Source: Sarea resinae (lineage: Eukaryota). Taken from it: DNA of 47,649 nucleotides. The stretch spans positions 558,001 through 605,649 of the forward strand of contig JAPEUD010000006.1 in the NCBI GenBank assembly GCA_026026165.1, given 5' to 3'. The first letter of the stretch is position 1; each line of letters begins with the position of its first letter. The notes beneath the pieces were generated by a model that saw only the letters and a list, made by a program, of their open reading frames with translations, did no database searches and was not told where the DNA came from. Below, in pieces: positions 34,740 through 47,400 of this stretch. The position numbers and the translations under genes were made by a program.

Positions 34740-36490
34740 TTATTGCGGCGACCCAGGTCCCATCGACTTGGGACGAAGATTCGACCCCCCAATCGCAGCC
34801 TTGTTTCCCATCTTGCGGGTCAGTTTAGCGTAATCTTGAGATTTGTTAGCTCGAATGAACCTAAAGCACAGCTGGACACAAAAACATACGAAGACCGCAA
34901 GCGTTACACAATGTACGAGCACCGTCAGGTCCCCTTCGCCATTCAGGTGTCTCAGCCCGATTGCAGCTATGACACCTACCAGGAGGCGCAGCTCTCTGAG
35001 GATTGATGTCAGCAATGCTCGGATTGTGAAAGAGAGGGCAGCTTACCCCTCGTCGCTTCTTGGCGTCAGAACCAGCAAAACCACCTCCTTTGGCATCATC
35101 ATGATACATGGCGGAATCTTCAACGTCGAATTCGCTTGACCCTTTGAAGCCTTGGTCCTGAACTCGTTGCTCTGCTAGCGCGTGCTGTTGCGTCACGAGA
35201 ACTTCCCGGATGCAAGACAATGAATCATGGATACGTGTCTGCTGCTTCAGCATTTCGTCACATTCGGCCAGAGTCGGCAAGGAGCCTGGGATTGGACCCG
35301 ATCGTTGGGTTTGGTGAGCACGGGCGCCGTAGTGACGAGAAAAGTCGAGAATTTGACCACTGCCCTCGGCAATCTACTGAAGTTAGCATGACCGAATCGT
35401 AAGCACGCATGAGAACGAACCTCATTTAGAGAATGTTCGAGGTCAAAGATGTCCAGATGCCGCTTGACGGATTCTCCATAAGCTTGTCCGCCCAGAGAAC
35501 CCCCTCGAGGTGCCGTTTTCCTATTCTCTTCGACGCGGTTTATCTCGGAGCCGTCCGATCTCCAGGTTGTATGCGGATTGCTGGCGCCTTGGTACCCCGC
35601 AGAGGGAGGATAGGCAGTCGGTGGGCCATTTGGCGCTTGGGAATAATACTGCGGGGGATAGCCGGCGTAGCCATACGGAGGATTCATCGGACTTGAGAAT
35701 TTACTACCCTGCTCATACAAAGGAGATCGTTGAGATTGAGGTGGATGTGGTGGTGTAGGTCGATTTGGTTGAACTGGAGATTGAGTCGTGTTCAGGTAGA
35801 GTAGAGATGGAAGCTTCGATTCGTAAGAAGTTGGGGCTGAGGGTCGAATTGAAGGATCTGACGAGCTGTAAGGTGGTTGTTGTTGATGTACAGGAGTTTG
35901 ATAGCTCGGTGTGGAGTAAGGTGTAGCCTGGCCGGTAGGTAGCGGACGAGGGCCACTCGGAAGATCAGTGTTCGCAGGGCTGGAACGAGATATAGGTGTT
36001 GATGAGAGTGCCGAAGGAGGGTTTTGAGTCGGTTGTGGAGGTATCGATGCCGGAGGAGGTCCACTGTATGATAATGGCTGATCTCCACTCAAGGCCTCGT
36101 GAATTGAAGGAAGTGACTGCCTCTGTGCTTGCCGCGGTTCCTTTTCATCGTCTGAGGTCCGGCGCGAATCCGGAGGGGATATTAAGCCACTCAGTCCAGG
36201 CACAGAGCTGGCCGTGGTGGATGACGGATATGAGTACGGAGGTGGCGGGCCTGTATACATTGTCGATGGGCTGACGAGAGTTGCGGAAGGCATGTTGAGA
36301 GCCGGCGCTGACGGATGCTTCTGATGGAAATCCGCTTCCCTCTTGACTTTTCCAAGATCCAGATAACTGATTGACGGAAGGGTATCGCTATTTCCCAATT
36401 AGCACTTCCTGAAACGCACGGTGGAGTTTCAAATTCCTCTCCACAAACAAATACGGACCTTCGTCTGCTGCCGCCATCCACTGCCTCCAT
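34740..36490 (-). CDS. nsdD: GATA zinc-finger developmental transcription factor NsdD/SUB-1 type (508 aa)
   Basis: Exons 36490-36459, 36387-35421, 35373-35047, 34995-34890 and 34834-34740. Motifs are YTGPPPPYSYPSS, GLISPPDSRR, RQSLPSIHEAL, YGESVKRHLDIFDLE.SLNEI and HQTQRSGPIPGSLPTL.E. The C-X2-C-X18-C-X2-C finger reads KKRRGRAAPPGRCHSCNRAETPEWRRGPDGARTLCNACGLHYAKLTRK. Confidence 0.95.
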
Positions 36491-37039
36491 CACGCAAGGA
36501 AGCTGCAGTATCGACAAGACTACGACCGATCAACAGTCGCACAAACAACGGCACCTCTCTTCTACTGAGAGATATGGGTTTCCGGCCGATATGTTGCCTT
36601 CCGGGAGCAGACGGGGAGAAGGACCCGTGGTGAAGATGTCGCTGGGGCTATTCCAGCAACGCCACAGGCTGCGGGTCCGTTGTCGCGGGATCCAGTGGAG
36701 AGCGGGATGCCAAATAACCAAACAATGCCGTCGCTCTCAATCCAGAAATCAGGAATATTGCCAAGTTCGCCGTGTCGTCCAGATGGACTCAAGCCTATGG
36801 CGTAAACACAGGGAAGCGCGACGGAACTTTTTTTCCGTTTGGTCACGTCGTCAAGAGGAAGTCCACAGCCATCGACTGAAGCGAGCCGAACCGATTGCGC
36901 TCTGTGGTCGATTATCACGATCCGATCACCAGCAAATTCTCGAGACGTCGGCAACGTGGATGAAGTTGAAGGTCATGAACGAAGTGGGAGTGGCGATGAA
37001 GGAAGGTGAGTAAGAAGAGCTTGGGAAGGTTTGAATCGA

Positions 37040-37580
37040 ATTGGATTGGATTGGATTGTATTGGATTGGGTTGGCTGAGGATGGAGCCGATGGATCGCTT
37101 GAATTAGAGCGCAGAGAAGAGAGCGCCGTTCTTGAGTCGTGGAGCAAGAGAGTGAGATCGGAGATGACCCGCTGGTCGGATACAGGGGTGTCTCGACGAT
37201 GGGAACGGGGATGTACCCCTCTAGGGTTCGCTTGGACTCCCGGAGGGAGGGGGGGGGAGGCAGGAAGAGCGAAGGGGAGGGGGGGGGGGGGGGGGGAAGA
37301 AAAGGTTAGTAGTAGTGGACGGGAAGGGATTCGTAGATACTGTATGTACGAGATAGTAGGTAGGTAGGTAGGTAGGTAGGCAGACAGGGAGGCAGGTATT
37401 GTATTTGATGTATTTGATGGATGTAGCTTCGTAGAACGCAGGTAGTCACGGCAAGGTAGATCGAGGGTCTGAGCTGGTACTTGGGCGGATGCTTGTCGAG
37501 GATGCTTAGGTGCACTAGGTGGCCCTAGGTGGGTTCGGTGCGTTCGGTGCGTTCGGTGCTGGCGGTGCTGGCGGTGCTGG
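37040..37580. repeat. Simple repeats upstream of nsdD: (ATTGG)n, G-runs, (TAGG)n, (TTCGGTGCG)/(GGCGGTGCT)n
   Basis: (ATTGG)n at 37040-37069, poly-G at 37250-37296, (TAGG)n at 37357-37380 and 9-mer repeats at ~37533-37580. Confidence 0.85.
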
Positions 37581-40500
37581 AAGTGCTCGCCGTGCTTCGG
37601 ATCTATCCTCTATCCTCTGTCCTCTATCCTCATGAGCGCTGGACGATGGGCAGATCAGATTGGTCTCGGCAGGGGGGTCCACCCACCAGCAGAGGGCCTG
37701 GCGTGGGTCTTGACGGATATTGATGCCTGCAAATCTCCCCAGCAGCAGTAGTCGGTCGTAGTCTGAGCGTTGGCGGTTGCTCCTAGAGGACATGACACGG
37801 CCATCGAAGATGTATATATCGTCGGGGATTACTGCGTAGTGGCAGGAGAGGGATCGTCTTTGGTGGCGAGATGGAGACGCCGTCGTCATCTATCGACGGG
37901 GACACGGCGACGCACCACACGACAGGAGAGACGAGACAGCTCCAGCAGCTCTCGCATCTCTCATCCTGATTACATCGTACTTCGTACGTGCCGGAACTGG
38001 AACTCTCCCGCCATGGCCGAGTCTAGCTTGTTCATGCGATTATGCGTTTCCATGTCATATCAAATCCCCTTTGGCCTGTTACCGTGGTGCTGGGTACTGT
38101 AAGCCGTGAGCTGTGCGCCGTGGTGTTCTCTATCCCTTCACACTGCCTGTCTCTTTGCATTGCGTTGGAGAGAACTCGCTGAGTCGTGAATCCTTGTGGC
38201 GTTGCCGCCCTTGTACCTTACGTGGATAAAGGCAAGTATGTCGCAACAGTCAGAAATCATCTACGGGCACACCCACACCCACACACGACACCCACACGAT
38301 GCCCATACCCACACACCCAAGACACAGACACGCCGATGGATGCTCTACGTAGACGGAGGCTACCTGGCAGATACCTGACCTACATGCCTCCTCGAATTGG
38401 ATCATCGAAAATGCCACTACCACGCAGGAGATACTATATCTGGTTCATCATCGCACGAGTCGGAGAGAAAGAGAGAGAGAAGTACAAAGACAGTCCGACG
38501 CCACGGACCGACAGGGACCCAGAGAAGACTTGGAGACATGGGGCCAAGTCAAAAGCGTGGTCGCCAGTCGCCAGTGGCCAGTGAGCCGTGGCGATGGAAA
38601 CATGGGTCCATAGCCGTCAGATCGAGATCTGCGTAGTGACCGTAGTGACTGTACGGCGGCCTGCCAGCACTGCAAGGAGCCCACTAGCCCATCACCCATC
38701 GCCGGACTCTCCAATAGCGTCGTGGGCTCAGACGCGGCCGGCCTCAGAAGTACTCCAAGTACGTCTACCTGCGTGCTCGAGTGCCACCGTGCCGCTCGCC
38801 ATCTGAGATCTGTGGGGAGAGTCATCTACGAACGGCAAAGGTCGAGGTACAGGCTGCTTCGGTACTCGCCGTTGCGGAATGCGCACACCGCGAAACCTCA
38901 GCCCCAGGTCGTCCAGACCGGACCTGGTGTAGAGCATGTAGCGATCCAGATCAATGCAAGAGATCAATGTTGAATGATCCTCTCTGCCGGACACAGTACC
39001 TCCATCTCGGGGTGGTGGTCTTTCGCGATTTACGTACAAGATCAATCAGATGTACTGCGCAGTACGCAGTCTGTACGAGAAGGATATGCTCCGTACGGTG
39101 CCGGGGTCTGCCCGCCGTCGTCAAGGTTATTAATTCTCCCCATTCTTGTCTCGCGACACGCCAATATGGATCCGACAGGGCGGCAACAGCGACAATCAGG
39201 GCTTGAGACGAACAGTCACGACGGCTTCGTTGGCACTGCTCGTCCCTCATAGCCACAGTAGCAGAGTCTCATCCTTGGCCCGTGACACTCAGGATGCAGG
39301 AATCTCGCCTGTCACGGCGTTTCCCATCGACTCCTTGGTATTCGTACATGTTTCTCGAGAGGGAGGTTAAAGGCTGTTGGCGCTTGCGCTCTGATCCACA
39401 GCAGCGAACTCTTCTTTGTCGCTTTGCGCGCCCCGTTTCATAGGGCCATAGAGTGTGATCAGTCTTTCGACGTCCTTCTTTCCGGACTCGACTGACTTGG
39501 TTCCTCGTCGAGCACACATGAGTCGTAGGCGGTTGTGCACAGATGGGAAATCATGCCATGATTGCAGCCAGAGATGACTATTGTTTTCTTGGGTCGACGG
39601 TCTCGGAGCCAAAAAGCCCCTCGGTATTTAACAAAGCGACGAGCGTCGTCTGTCCGTCGTCGTTTACATACATTTCGGCAACCTGCACTCTTCCACGGTG
39701 ACACAAAAGCCATTCCCTCAAAAGTTTCGCTCGATGAGATAGTTGGGTACCCTTGCGGCGGGATTTCAGCTGCCATCATCTATCGATCCACAATCCCATG
39801 GCGAGAGTGGCCATTTCCAATAAGGTTCTGGGGACACAAACAAATCCACGTGCGAGGTAACAATCGGTTCCAGCGCGTCGGGGCTGACAGATGTGAAGAG
39901 CCGTCTGGCCGTGCGCTCAGTTTTCCGCGAACGAACACGCATCGAACAAGGGAAAAGCAGAGAGAAATTTCGAGACGGTCGGCCATAGAATCAAAAAAGA
40001 GCTCGGACCTCGATACGTCGTCTGTACTCGTAGATTGGCATCTCCCATGTGCGAACCACAAATCTAGGTACCGTCCAGGTCATTCAGGTACCTAAATCTC
40101 TCTTACCAGGTTGATTTTGGCTCAAGTCGTTTTCGCCCAGAGATGGTGGCGGCTGCGCCATGGTTCAGACTTTCTCTTGTCATGCTCTACAGTACTCTAC
40201 AGAGGTAAGCGGTAACTGGCCCTGATCCCGAGGGGCCTGAGGAAATTCGTATGAATGTCTAGCGTTGAAGAAGCGCAACCCTTCCCTCGCCGATATTACT
40301 ACTATGTACATCACCAACATCTCAAGTCTGAAATCTCCCCCAGGCATTGTTTGCCCGCGGAAGCAGCGGAAAGAAGTGACCTTTACGAATGGAATCTGAA
40401 CCAAATGAGACTCTGGTCACGGTGTTTATCCATCGATCGGCGCAGACAAACGCGGCCCACTACCGCTACCATGGAGGAACTAATCACTTTAGCCGTTTCT

Positions 40501-40698
40501 GGACGGATGAAGAAGGCTTGCCGTCTCCAACGAAATTCTAGAAATTACGAAGAGGTACAGGGTACGAGTGGCAGAGAAGGAGGTAGGTACGGCACGTCAC
40601 GTCGGAGCTGCAACGCTGGCACAACGATTGGGCGGTGGTGGATGAAATGACCTGAAGGCCCCACTGACGGAGAACTCCCCTACTCCGTTATTGGACTC

Positions 40699-40733
40699 TA
40701 CGGAGCTGGAGTACGGAGCTGGAGTACGGAGCT
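40699..40733. repeat. 13-nt tandem repeat (TACGGAGCTGGAG)x2.7
   Basis: tacggagctggagtacggagctggagtacggagct. Confidence 0.85.
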
Positions 40734-40983
40734 TTCGACCTGACTGAGGTACCTAGTGGACTCCTGCTCCCGAGTACTCTCCTCTCCCTTAGGTAGACAG
40801 TATCGCAATTTCCCATGTGATTCGCTTACCACGCCTTACCCACACCACCGACCTTACGTACCTGGGTACATCGCTACGACTGCATGTGGCTGCCACATGA
40901 GTGCGTTCCCATCTGGTCTCTAGTCGCACGCTACTAATACTCCTGGCACACAACGCCTTTCCCTCGGAGATTTCCGCCCCCGC

Positions 40984-41012
40984 CGATTGTCGATTGTCGA
41001 TTGTCGATTGTC
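40984..41012. repeat. (CGATTGT)4 heptamer repeat
   Basis: cgattgtcgattgtcgattgtcgattgtc. Confidence 0.9.
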
Positions 41013-44000
41013 CGTCATCCTTATCCTAGTGGCAGGACAAGGCGGCTCCAAGTTTCACATCGGATTGAGAAAGGAGCAAGGGCCAGGGATGCAGGACAAC
41101 CAGAAAGGGACGAGAGCTGATCCATCCTGGGACGATGCGCATCTTGAATAAAATGGTTGTGACGTGGTCGCACAGGCGGTCCGGCAGGTCCTGTTTCCGA
41201 CCAGCATGCAGTCAGTTGTGGAGGCGACGATGTGATATCAAATTCGGAGCACAATCCGTTTTCGTGAGGTCGTGTCTTACTTGTCGATGGCGCACCGGGG
41301 CGATCGCAAGGATCTCATCGAAGCCGATCGAGATCTTGCACGCTAAGCGTAAACTTTGACAGCCAAAAGATTCCTTAGCGAGCACTCTGACTTTGCGCCA
41401 ATTACCGTGGTTTCAGCTGCATATTCCGCAGCAGACTACGGAGTACATAGTACTCTAGGTGGAAGGGAGTAAGATCTACTGCTCGATACATGCATGCGTG
41501 GGCCTCTATCGCTGCGACAACAAGATCACCACTAGAGAAAAGAGAGTCATTGCAGTCAATCTTTTTTCACCAACGTGGTCGAAATGATTTTGGGGATTTT
41601 CAATATGCCCAACGAAGGACGTCTTGATCTCTCTCCGACGTTTACACAAGCACCGCGTTTTCGTATGAGAGTCAAATTTCAATAGGTCTTAGGCATCGAC
41701 ACATGTCCAGGAGCAACTAGCCGTCGTCTTCAGTTCTTGGTTGACAACACGGCGACACCGGTAGCGGCAGCACCTTACCGCGACCTTCAAATTCTGACAG
41801 CAGCTTATATTGAACTAAAGATGCGTTCTTCCTTTTTGACATTCAACGGGCTGTTTATTTTCCTTTAGTACACATCTCAAGCTGCGTTGCGTTGATCATC
41901 TTAGCCGTCTTAGAACAAACGTCCGAGATCATCGGGCATGTACGAAGTAGAAGCTCTCTTCCAGATTCGCTGGCCACTGCATTGTTGCCTGCTTCCAGCA
42001 AGGACGGACGCGCATTGTCCCAGATGCTGTCTTGCAACTAGAGCGAAAGAAGTTGTCAAGTACATGTACCCCCGCGTGATTATTTGGGGGGGTGGCTGTG
42101 AATTTCCAGATGGCGTTGAAGCGTCGGAACAACCATGCTCTTGGGCCCTTGTCTCTCTCTCTTACTTCTGAGGAGTGCATTGTATGCATCTTCTTTCCTC
42201 TCTCGCAACCATTCGCCAGGGCAAAAAGCTCCAAGCGAGCGAAATAGACGAAACAATGGCGTTCGGCGCCGTCCCGCAAGGTTCCCGGCATATATTGGCA
42301 AGCGATACGATCACCCCATGGGTCGATTATCCTGTAATTGCCGTTTACTAACCCGGAGGTAGGAGTTGCCTCTCTTTTCGGTCATCTTTACTAACGTTTT
42401 CCCTCCCACCGGCGTGATCGACCAGATACTGCCAAGTACGCAGCATGCTAAAGTGAGGTACTTGCGAAGACAGACCCTGCCTGCAAGGTTCTTTGGCACT
42501 GCGAAGATGCAAGCCGCATAGCTATCTCACAAGTCGGAGACCGGACCCACATCCGGGGCCCACCTTCCTAATGGTAAACGGCAAACCCAGGCAAAATGAA
42601 GAAGAGGTATGGCGTCCTTTTTGCACGTACGAAGAGGGTAAGGAGCTCCAGAGCAAAGTATCTAAGTCTAATCTCGCCCCGCATAATTGAGCCTTGCTGG
42701 AGAGCATGGGTAGATGAGGAGCCTCGGTACGGTGCGCTGTTGCTTGCACCCATGTGTCACGCACGGAGACATTACAGAGAGTGTGAAATTGACCGCATAT
42801 CGTCTGACGGGATGAAGTGATACTTACCTAGAAGGAAATAGAGGAAGATGTTAGATCCAGATCAAAGCTATTACCATAGCCTTGCATTCGAGAGTTTCGG
42901 AGACGAAGGACATCAGTCTTTACAGACGGCATGGCTGTCATTCGAGGTACCTACGTGCAAAGTACGCAGCATGGCAAGAGAGCCACTATCAGTAGATTCG
43001 GTGGAAGAATCAATCGCGCAGGGCTTGGCCTATCACGTGTCGAACTGTGCGCTCGAGTGATACAAGTGCCGTTGGGGGCCCCCGGGAGAAGCATAGCCCT
43101 GGAAAATAGATCTACTACGGAGTACGGATGACGGAGTACGGAGCACCTATCGCAGGCAGGAGAGAACAATAATGAGGGTCGAAGGGAAGGGAAGGAAAAG
43201 GTCCTTGCGTTGAGCCTCCTTCAACATGCAGGCCGCCATCTCGATCAAGCATCAAGACCGACAAGCAGTCTTGAAACGCAGCGAGCAGATGGACAAGCGA
43301 CAAAGAGAGAGGACGGAGTACCTCGTACACCAGTACAGTACGGGGATACGGGGCATTGATACTGCATATCTTGCGCGTGGCACAGGTACTGATACGAAGA
43401 ACATAGGTAGATGGCGATACCCGCTGTCACGAATCTCCACACTCAGCGAATACTGTGTGTACACAGTACTGTACTGTACGAAGTACTCCGTACGTGTACG
43501 AGTATCGTGCAGACCACATGGATTGGATGCTTTGGTGAGAGCGGGTGATACTCCGAGTAGACGAACGGCAGTACCGGCGTGCCCTGTGGCAATGCAGGCG
43601 GACAGGCCGGCAGGAAGACTGGCAAGATGCAAGATGCAAGAGACAGAGGGCAAAAGACAAAAGACAAAGGGCAAAAGGCAGAGGGCGAGAGGCAAGGATC
43701 AGCATTCCGGTGACGATTCAGTGACCGTTGGATGATTGGCTACCATCCGGGAATATGAATGGGCCTCGCGAGGTTACCAGAAGCTTTTAGATGACTGGGT
43801 GCCGGGGTTGGCTGTGACGGAAGGGGTGAAAACTTGCATTATCGTGGCTGACCGACCCCTTCCCAACGGTCATCGCGATGATGCGGTGGAGTCCACTAAC
43901 GTCCAGTGCCATAGACATCCATGCATGTGCTGGCTCTGCTTTACTCCCTATGGATACGTCCTCACCTGCCTCCTCATTCGCCGCCGAGGGAGTCCTTGCT

Positions 44001-44873
44001 GGCGACCCTGATTATTGCTGATTTGCCTTGCCCTGGGGGGGTGTTGTTTACCTGAAGCAGCTAGCCTCTGATATCTTCAGCAACTCGTCGCAGAAAGAAG
44101 GAGGATTATTACTCTGATTTATGATATGATATGGATCAGATACTCATTGTCATTGATATTCTGATATTCTCAGATCAGCAGCCTTTGTCCATGCGCCCTC
44201 TCATGGGTCGCGCGTCGAGTCATGATGAACTACTGTGTAGTCCATCAATACTCCTCAGCAGAAGGAAAGCAGCTCGATCGACAAGTTTTCGAGAAGAGAA
44301 CATCCGCACGATGGATCGCATTTTCCCTTCCTAGGATGGTCTTTGCTGCAAGGAATGATACATTCCGGCCACGCGAGGATACGGTAGTAACATTGTACCG
44401 ATATCTTTCTTGCAAGTTAAATGACTGATCAGGGAACACAGGATCCAGAAGCATGCGAGTATCAGGCCCCCAGAGACCCAACTGCCCGGGTCATGAACAC
44501 GGCATCATATTATCTCTACGGTGGGGTTTTGATTCGTTCGGTTTACTAATGATGCTTTGCCAAAGAGCTTAATCTTGGTGTTGGCCATTGATGACCAGTT
44601 TCCGTATCTAATCCCATGCTTCGCCTATCTCCCATCGACGGTCTCTACATACCACATTAGGCAAACCCTATCCGTTTCCAGGGAGCTTTATCGATAAACT
44701 GGTCCCCCCATGCTCCTGTCTTGCAGAGTTCAATAATAATGGCTGGAAGATAGATGATCAATTGATTTGGTGTCAGCTAAGCAGTGGTGTAGATATCTAT
44801 CTTGCAATGTAATGGTTTTCTATTCTTCTGTTGCTCTGTTCAGCTTTGTCGTGGCGAATGCGAAATCCGATAG

Positions 44874-46949
44874 ATGACCATGGCCGAGGAAGTTGGCAAG
44901 ACAGATGTGGTTGGCATCGCGCCCGCTCACGACGAGGAGAGTATCGACGGCATCGAGAAGGTCAATGCGTCTGGCCATGTCCAAGAACTTGACCGAAACT
45001 TCAGCTTGCTGAGCGTTTGCGCCGTTGGAATTGTTACGGGAAACACGTGGGCGGCGTTTGGTGGCAGCATTGTTGGTTTCGACTCGGAATATCGACCTGT
45101 GGCGCATACCGTCTGACGAAAGACATACAGGTCGTATCCATTTACAACGGCGGTCCGCCCGGTGTGATATATGAATTGTGAGCTCTCAAAGCCCCTCCCC
45201 CGCCCGCCCTTTACCTCCAAGTGGGAGGCGTCTTTCTGTCCTGCAGGCCCGTTCTCTTATTGACATGTTTGCGCGACGCCAACAGCATTGCCGTTTCTAT
45301 CTTTTACTGGCTTATTGCCGCCTCTATCGCGGAGCTTGCGTCCGCCATCCCTTCTGCCGCTGGAGGTAAGCTTTTTCGGTCCCGCAGATTAGCATCTTCT
45401 TGAAGCATGAAGAACGGTCTGCTAAACTAGCCCAATTCTCATTGGCATTCATTAGTCTACCACTGGGCGTCGATAACGGGTGGACGCCGCCATGGCCTCA
45501 TCTGCGGCTGGTTTGCCGGGTGGTGGAATTTCTTCGCGTGGATCTTTGGGTGCGCGTCCATGTCGTCCATTGTTGGCAACCAGACCGTCCAGATGTATGC
45601 CACTTTCCACCCCGACTTTGTACCACATAAATGGCACGTCTTCGTCAGCTATCTCATCGTTACCTGGCTGTGCTGCTGCTGTGTGCTGTTCGCCAACCGC
45701 GCCCTGCCAGCGGTGAACACGCTGGGACTCGTATTCATCCTTGCCGGCGTCTTTATAACAGTCATTGTGTGCGCTGTGATGCCCAGTGGCAACGGCAAGG
45801 GATACGCGTCGAATGATTTCGTCTGGCGGGACTGGGAGAATGGCACCGGCTGGGGAAGTAACGGTTTCGTGTTTGTGGCGGGCATGTTGAACGGTGCTTT
45901 TGCAGTCGGAACGCCTGACTGCGTGTCTCATCTCGCGGAAGAAATCCCAAAGTACGAACATTGATCCTTTCCTCTGTCGCTTCCCCTCTGATCAGCATCG
46001 ACACTATCATGCGAGCCTATTACATCAGAAATGCACACATGCCGAGGACAGAGAGCTAACGAAGTGCCCACGTACGACCCATAGCCCCAGCCTCAACGTC
46101 CCCAAAGCCATTGCGGCGCAGATGGGCGTCGGCTTCATCACCGCCTTTGCCTATCTCGTCGCAATTTTCTACAGCATCTCCGACGTCAGCGCCGTGCTCT
46201 CGTCGTCGTCGACCTTCCCGCTCGCGGAAGTCTACCACCAAGCCACCGGCTCCCGCGGCGGCACCCTCGGTCTCATCCTCTTGATCTTCCTGCCCACCTT
46301 CGTCACCTGCATCGGCACCTACCTGACCGCCGGCCGCATGCTCTGGACGCTCGCCCGAGACGACGTCACCCCGTTCGCGCGCTTCCTGGGCGCCATCTCG
46401 CCGCAGTTCAAGAACCCGTTCAACGCCACGTTGGTGTGCGGCTGCGTCTGCACGGTGCTCGGATGCATCTACGTCGGCTCGGCGACGGCCTTTCAGGCTT
46501 TCGTGGACTCGTACGTGGTGCTGTCGTCGCTGTCCTACTTCTCCGCGCTCTTGCCGCACCTCCTCTCGCGCCGTGCCAACATCCGCCATCACGGTGCCTT
46601 CTGGATGAAGGGCGCTGTCGGCTACGTCGTCAACGCCGTCTCGTGCGCCTATATCGCCGTCTTCGCCGTCATCTACTGCTTCCCCTATTCGCTGCCCGTG
46701 TCGGCGCAGAACATGAATTATTCCTGTCTCATCACGGGCGGGCTGACGCTCTTCGTGGGCGCGTGGTGGGCTTGGAAGGGGCGGTCGTATGTGGGGCCCA
46801 GGGCTGTGGTTGACTCGTGGGCGCTGGAGAGCGCTGGTGGTGCCATTGTCGGCGTTGATGTTGGCGGTGAGAGCGCCGCGGGGAAGCTAGAGAAGAAAGG
46901 CCGGCAGGGCGAAAAGGAGGACCTTGTACTTTCCGAGAAAGCCGCCTAA
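44874..46949 (+). CDS. APC-superfamily permease, choline/GABA/polyamine (HNM1/UGA4-like) type (561 aa)
   Basis: Exons 44874-45071, 45131-45177, 45286-45365, 45456-45951 and 46085-46949. Motifs are GHVQELDRNFSLLS, YNGGPPGVIYEF, SIAELASAIPSAAGVYHWAS, GTPDCVSHLAEEIPNP, GRMLWTLARD and NMNYS, with many hydrophobic helices. The start could instead be the ATG at 44880. Confidence 0.93.
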
Positions 46950-47164
46950 GGTTTTCTTTCTCTCTCTCTCTTGTCCATCCCTCTTGACAGCAGTGTCAAG
47001 GTAATTGCATACCGGATTTCGCCTTGTGCCCCTTTTTATTTTCTCCTCGTTTTCTGGCCGCACCGATCTAGCTTTACGCACACAGGATGAAATGCATCAC
47101 TTACGGCGTTTTCTCTATTCGTCTTTTTTCTCTGCGTCTTTTATCCCGCCCGATCCCTCCACGA

Positions 47165-47400
47165 CATCCACATCCACATCCACATCCCGAAAATCCCCCC
47201 TATCTGCCATTCCCATTCCCTCGTTGCTTAGCCCTCTTTTTCTCGTTCGCATCTGCTTTACTTATTCGGTTCATTATATATATATACATATACATACAGA
47301 CATACATACAGACATACATACAGACATACATACATATATACATATATTCATACATATTGATATACATACAGACAGACAGACAGACAGAGATAAATACACA
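47165..47400. repeat. (CACATC)n, (TA)n, (TACATACAGACA)n and (CAGA)n repeats downstream of the permease
   Basis: Tandem units read directly. Confidence 0.9.

Noticed and set aside
42820..42960. ATACTTACCT resembling the U1 snRNA 5' end
   Set aside because: There is no proper U1-70K or U1A loop and no Sm site downstream. TACCT/AGGTA words are common throughout this intergenic DNA.
37600..43120. GATCT/AGATC words as NsdD autoregulatory sites
   Set aside because: The count seen is about what a 5-mer gives by chance in 8 kb on both strands.
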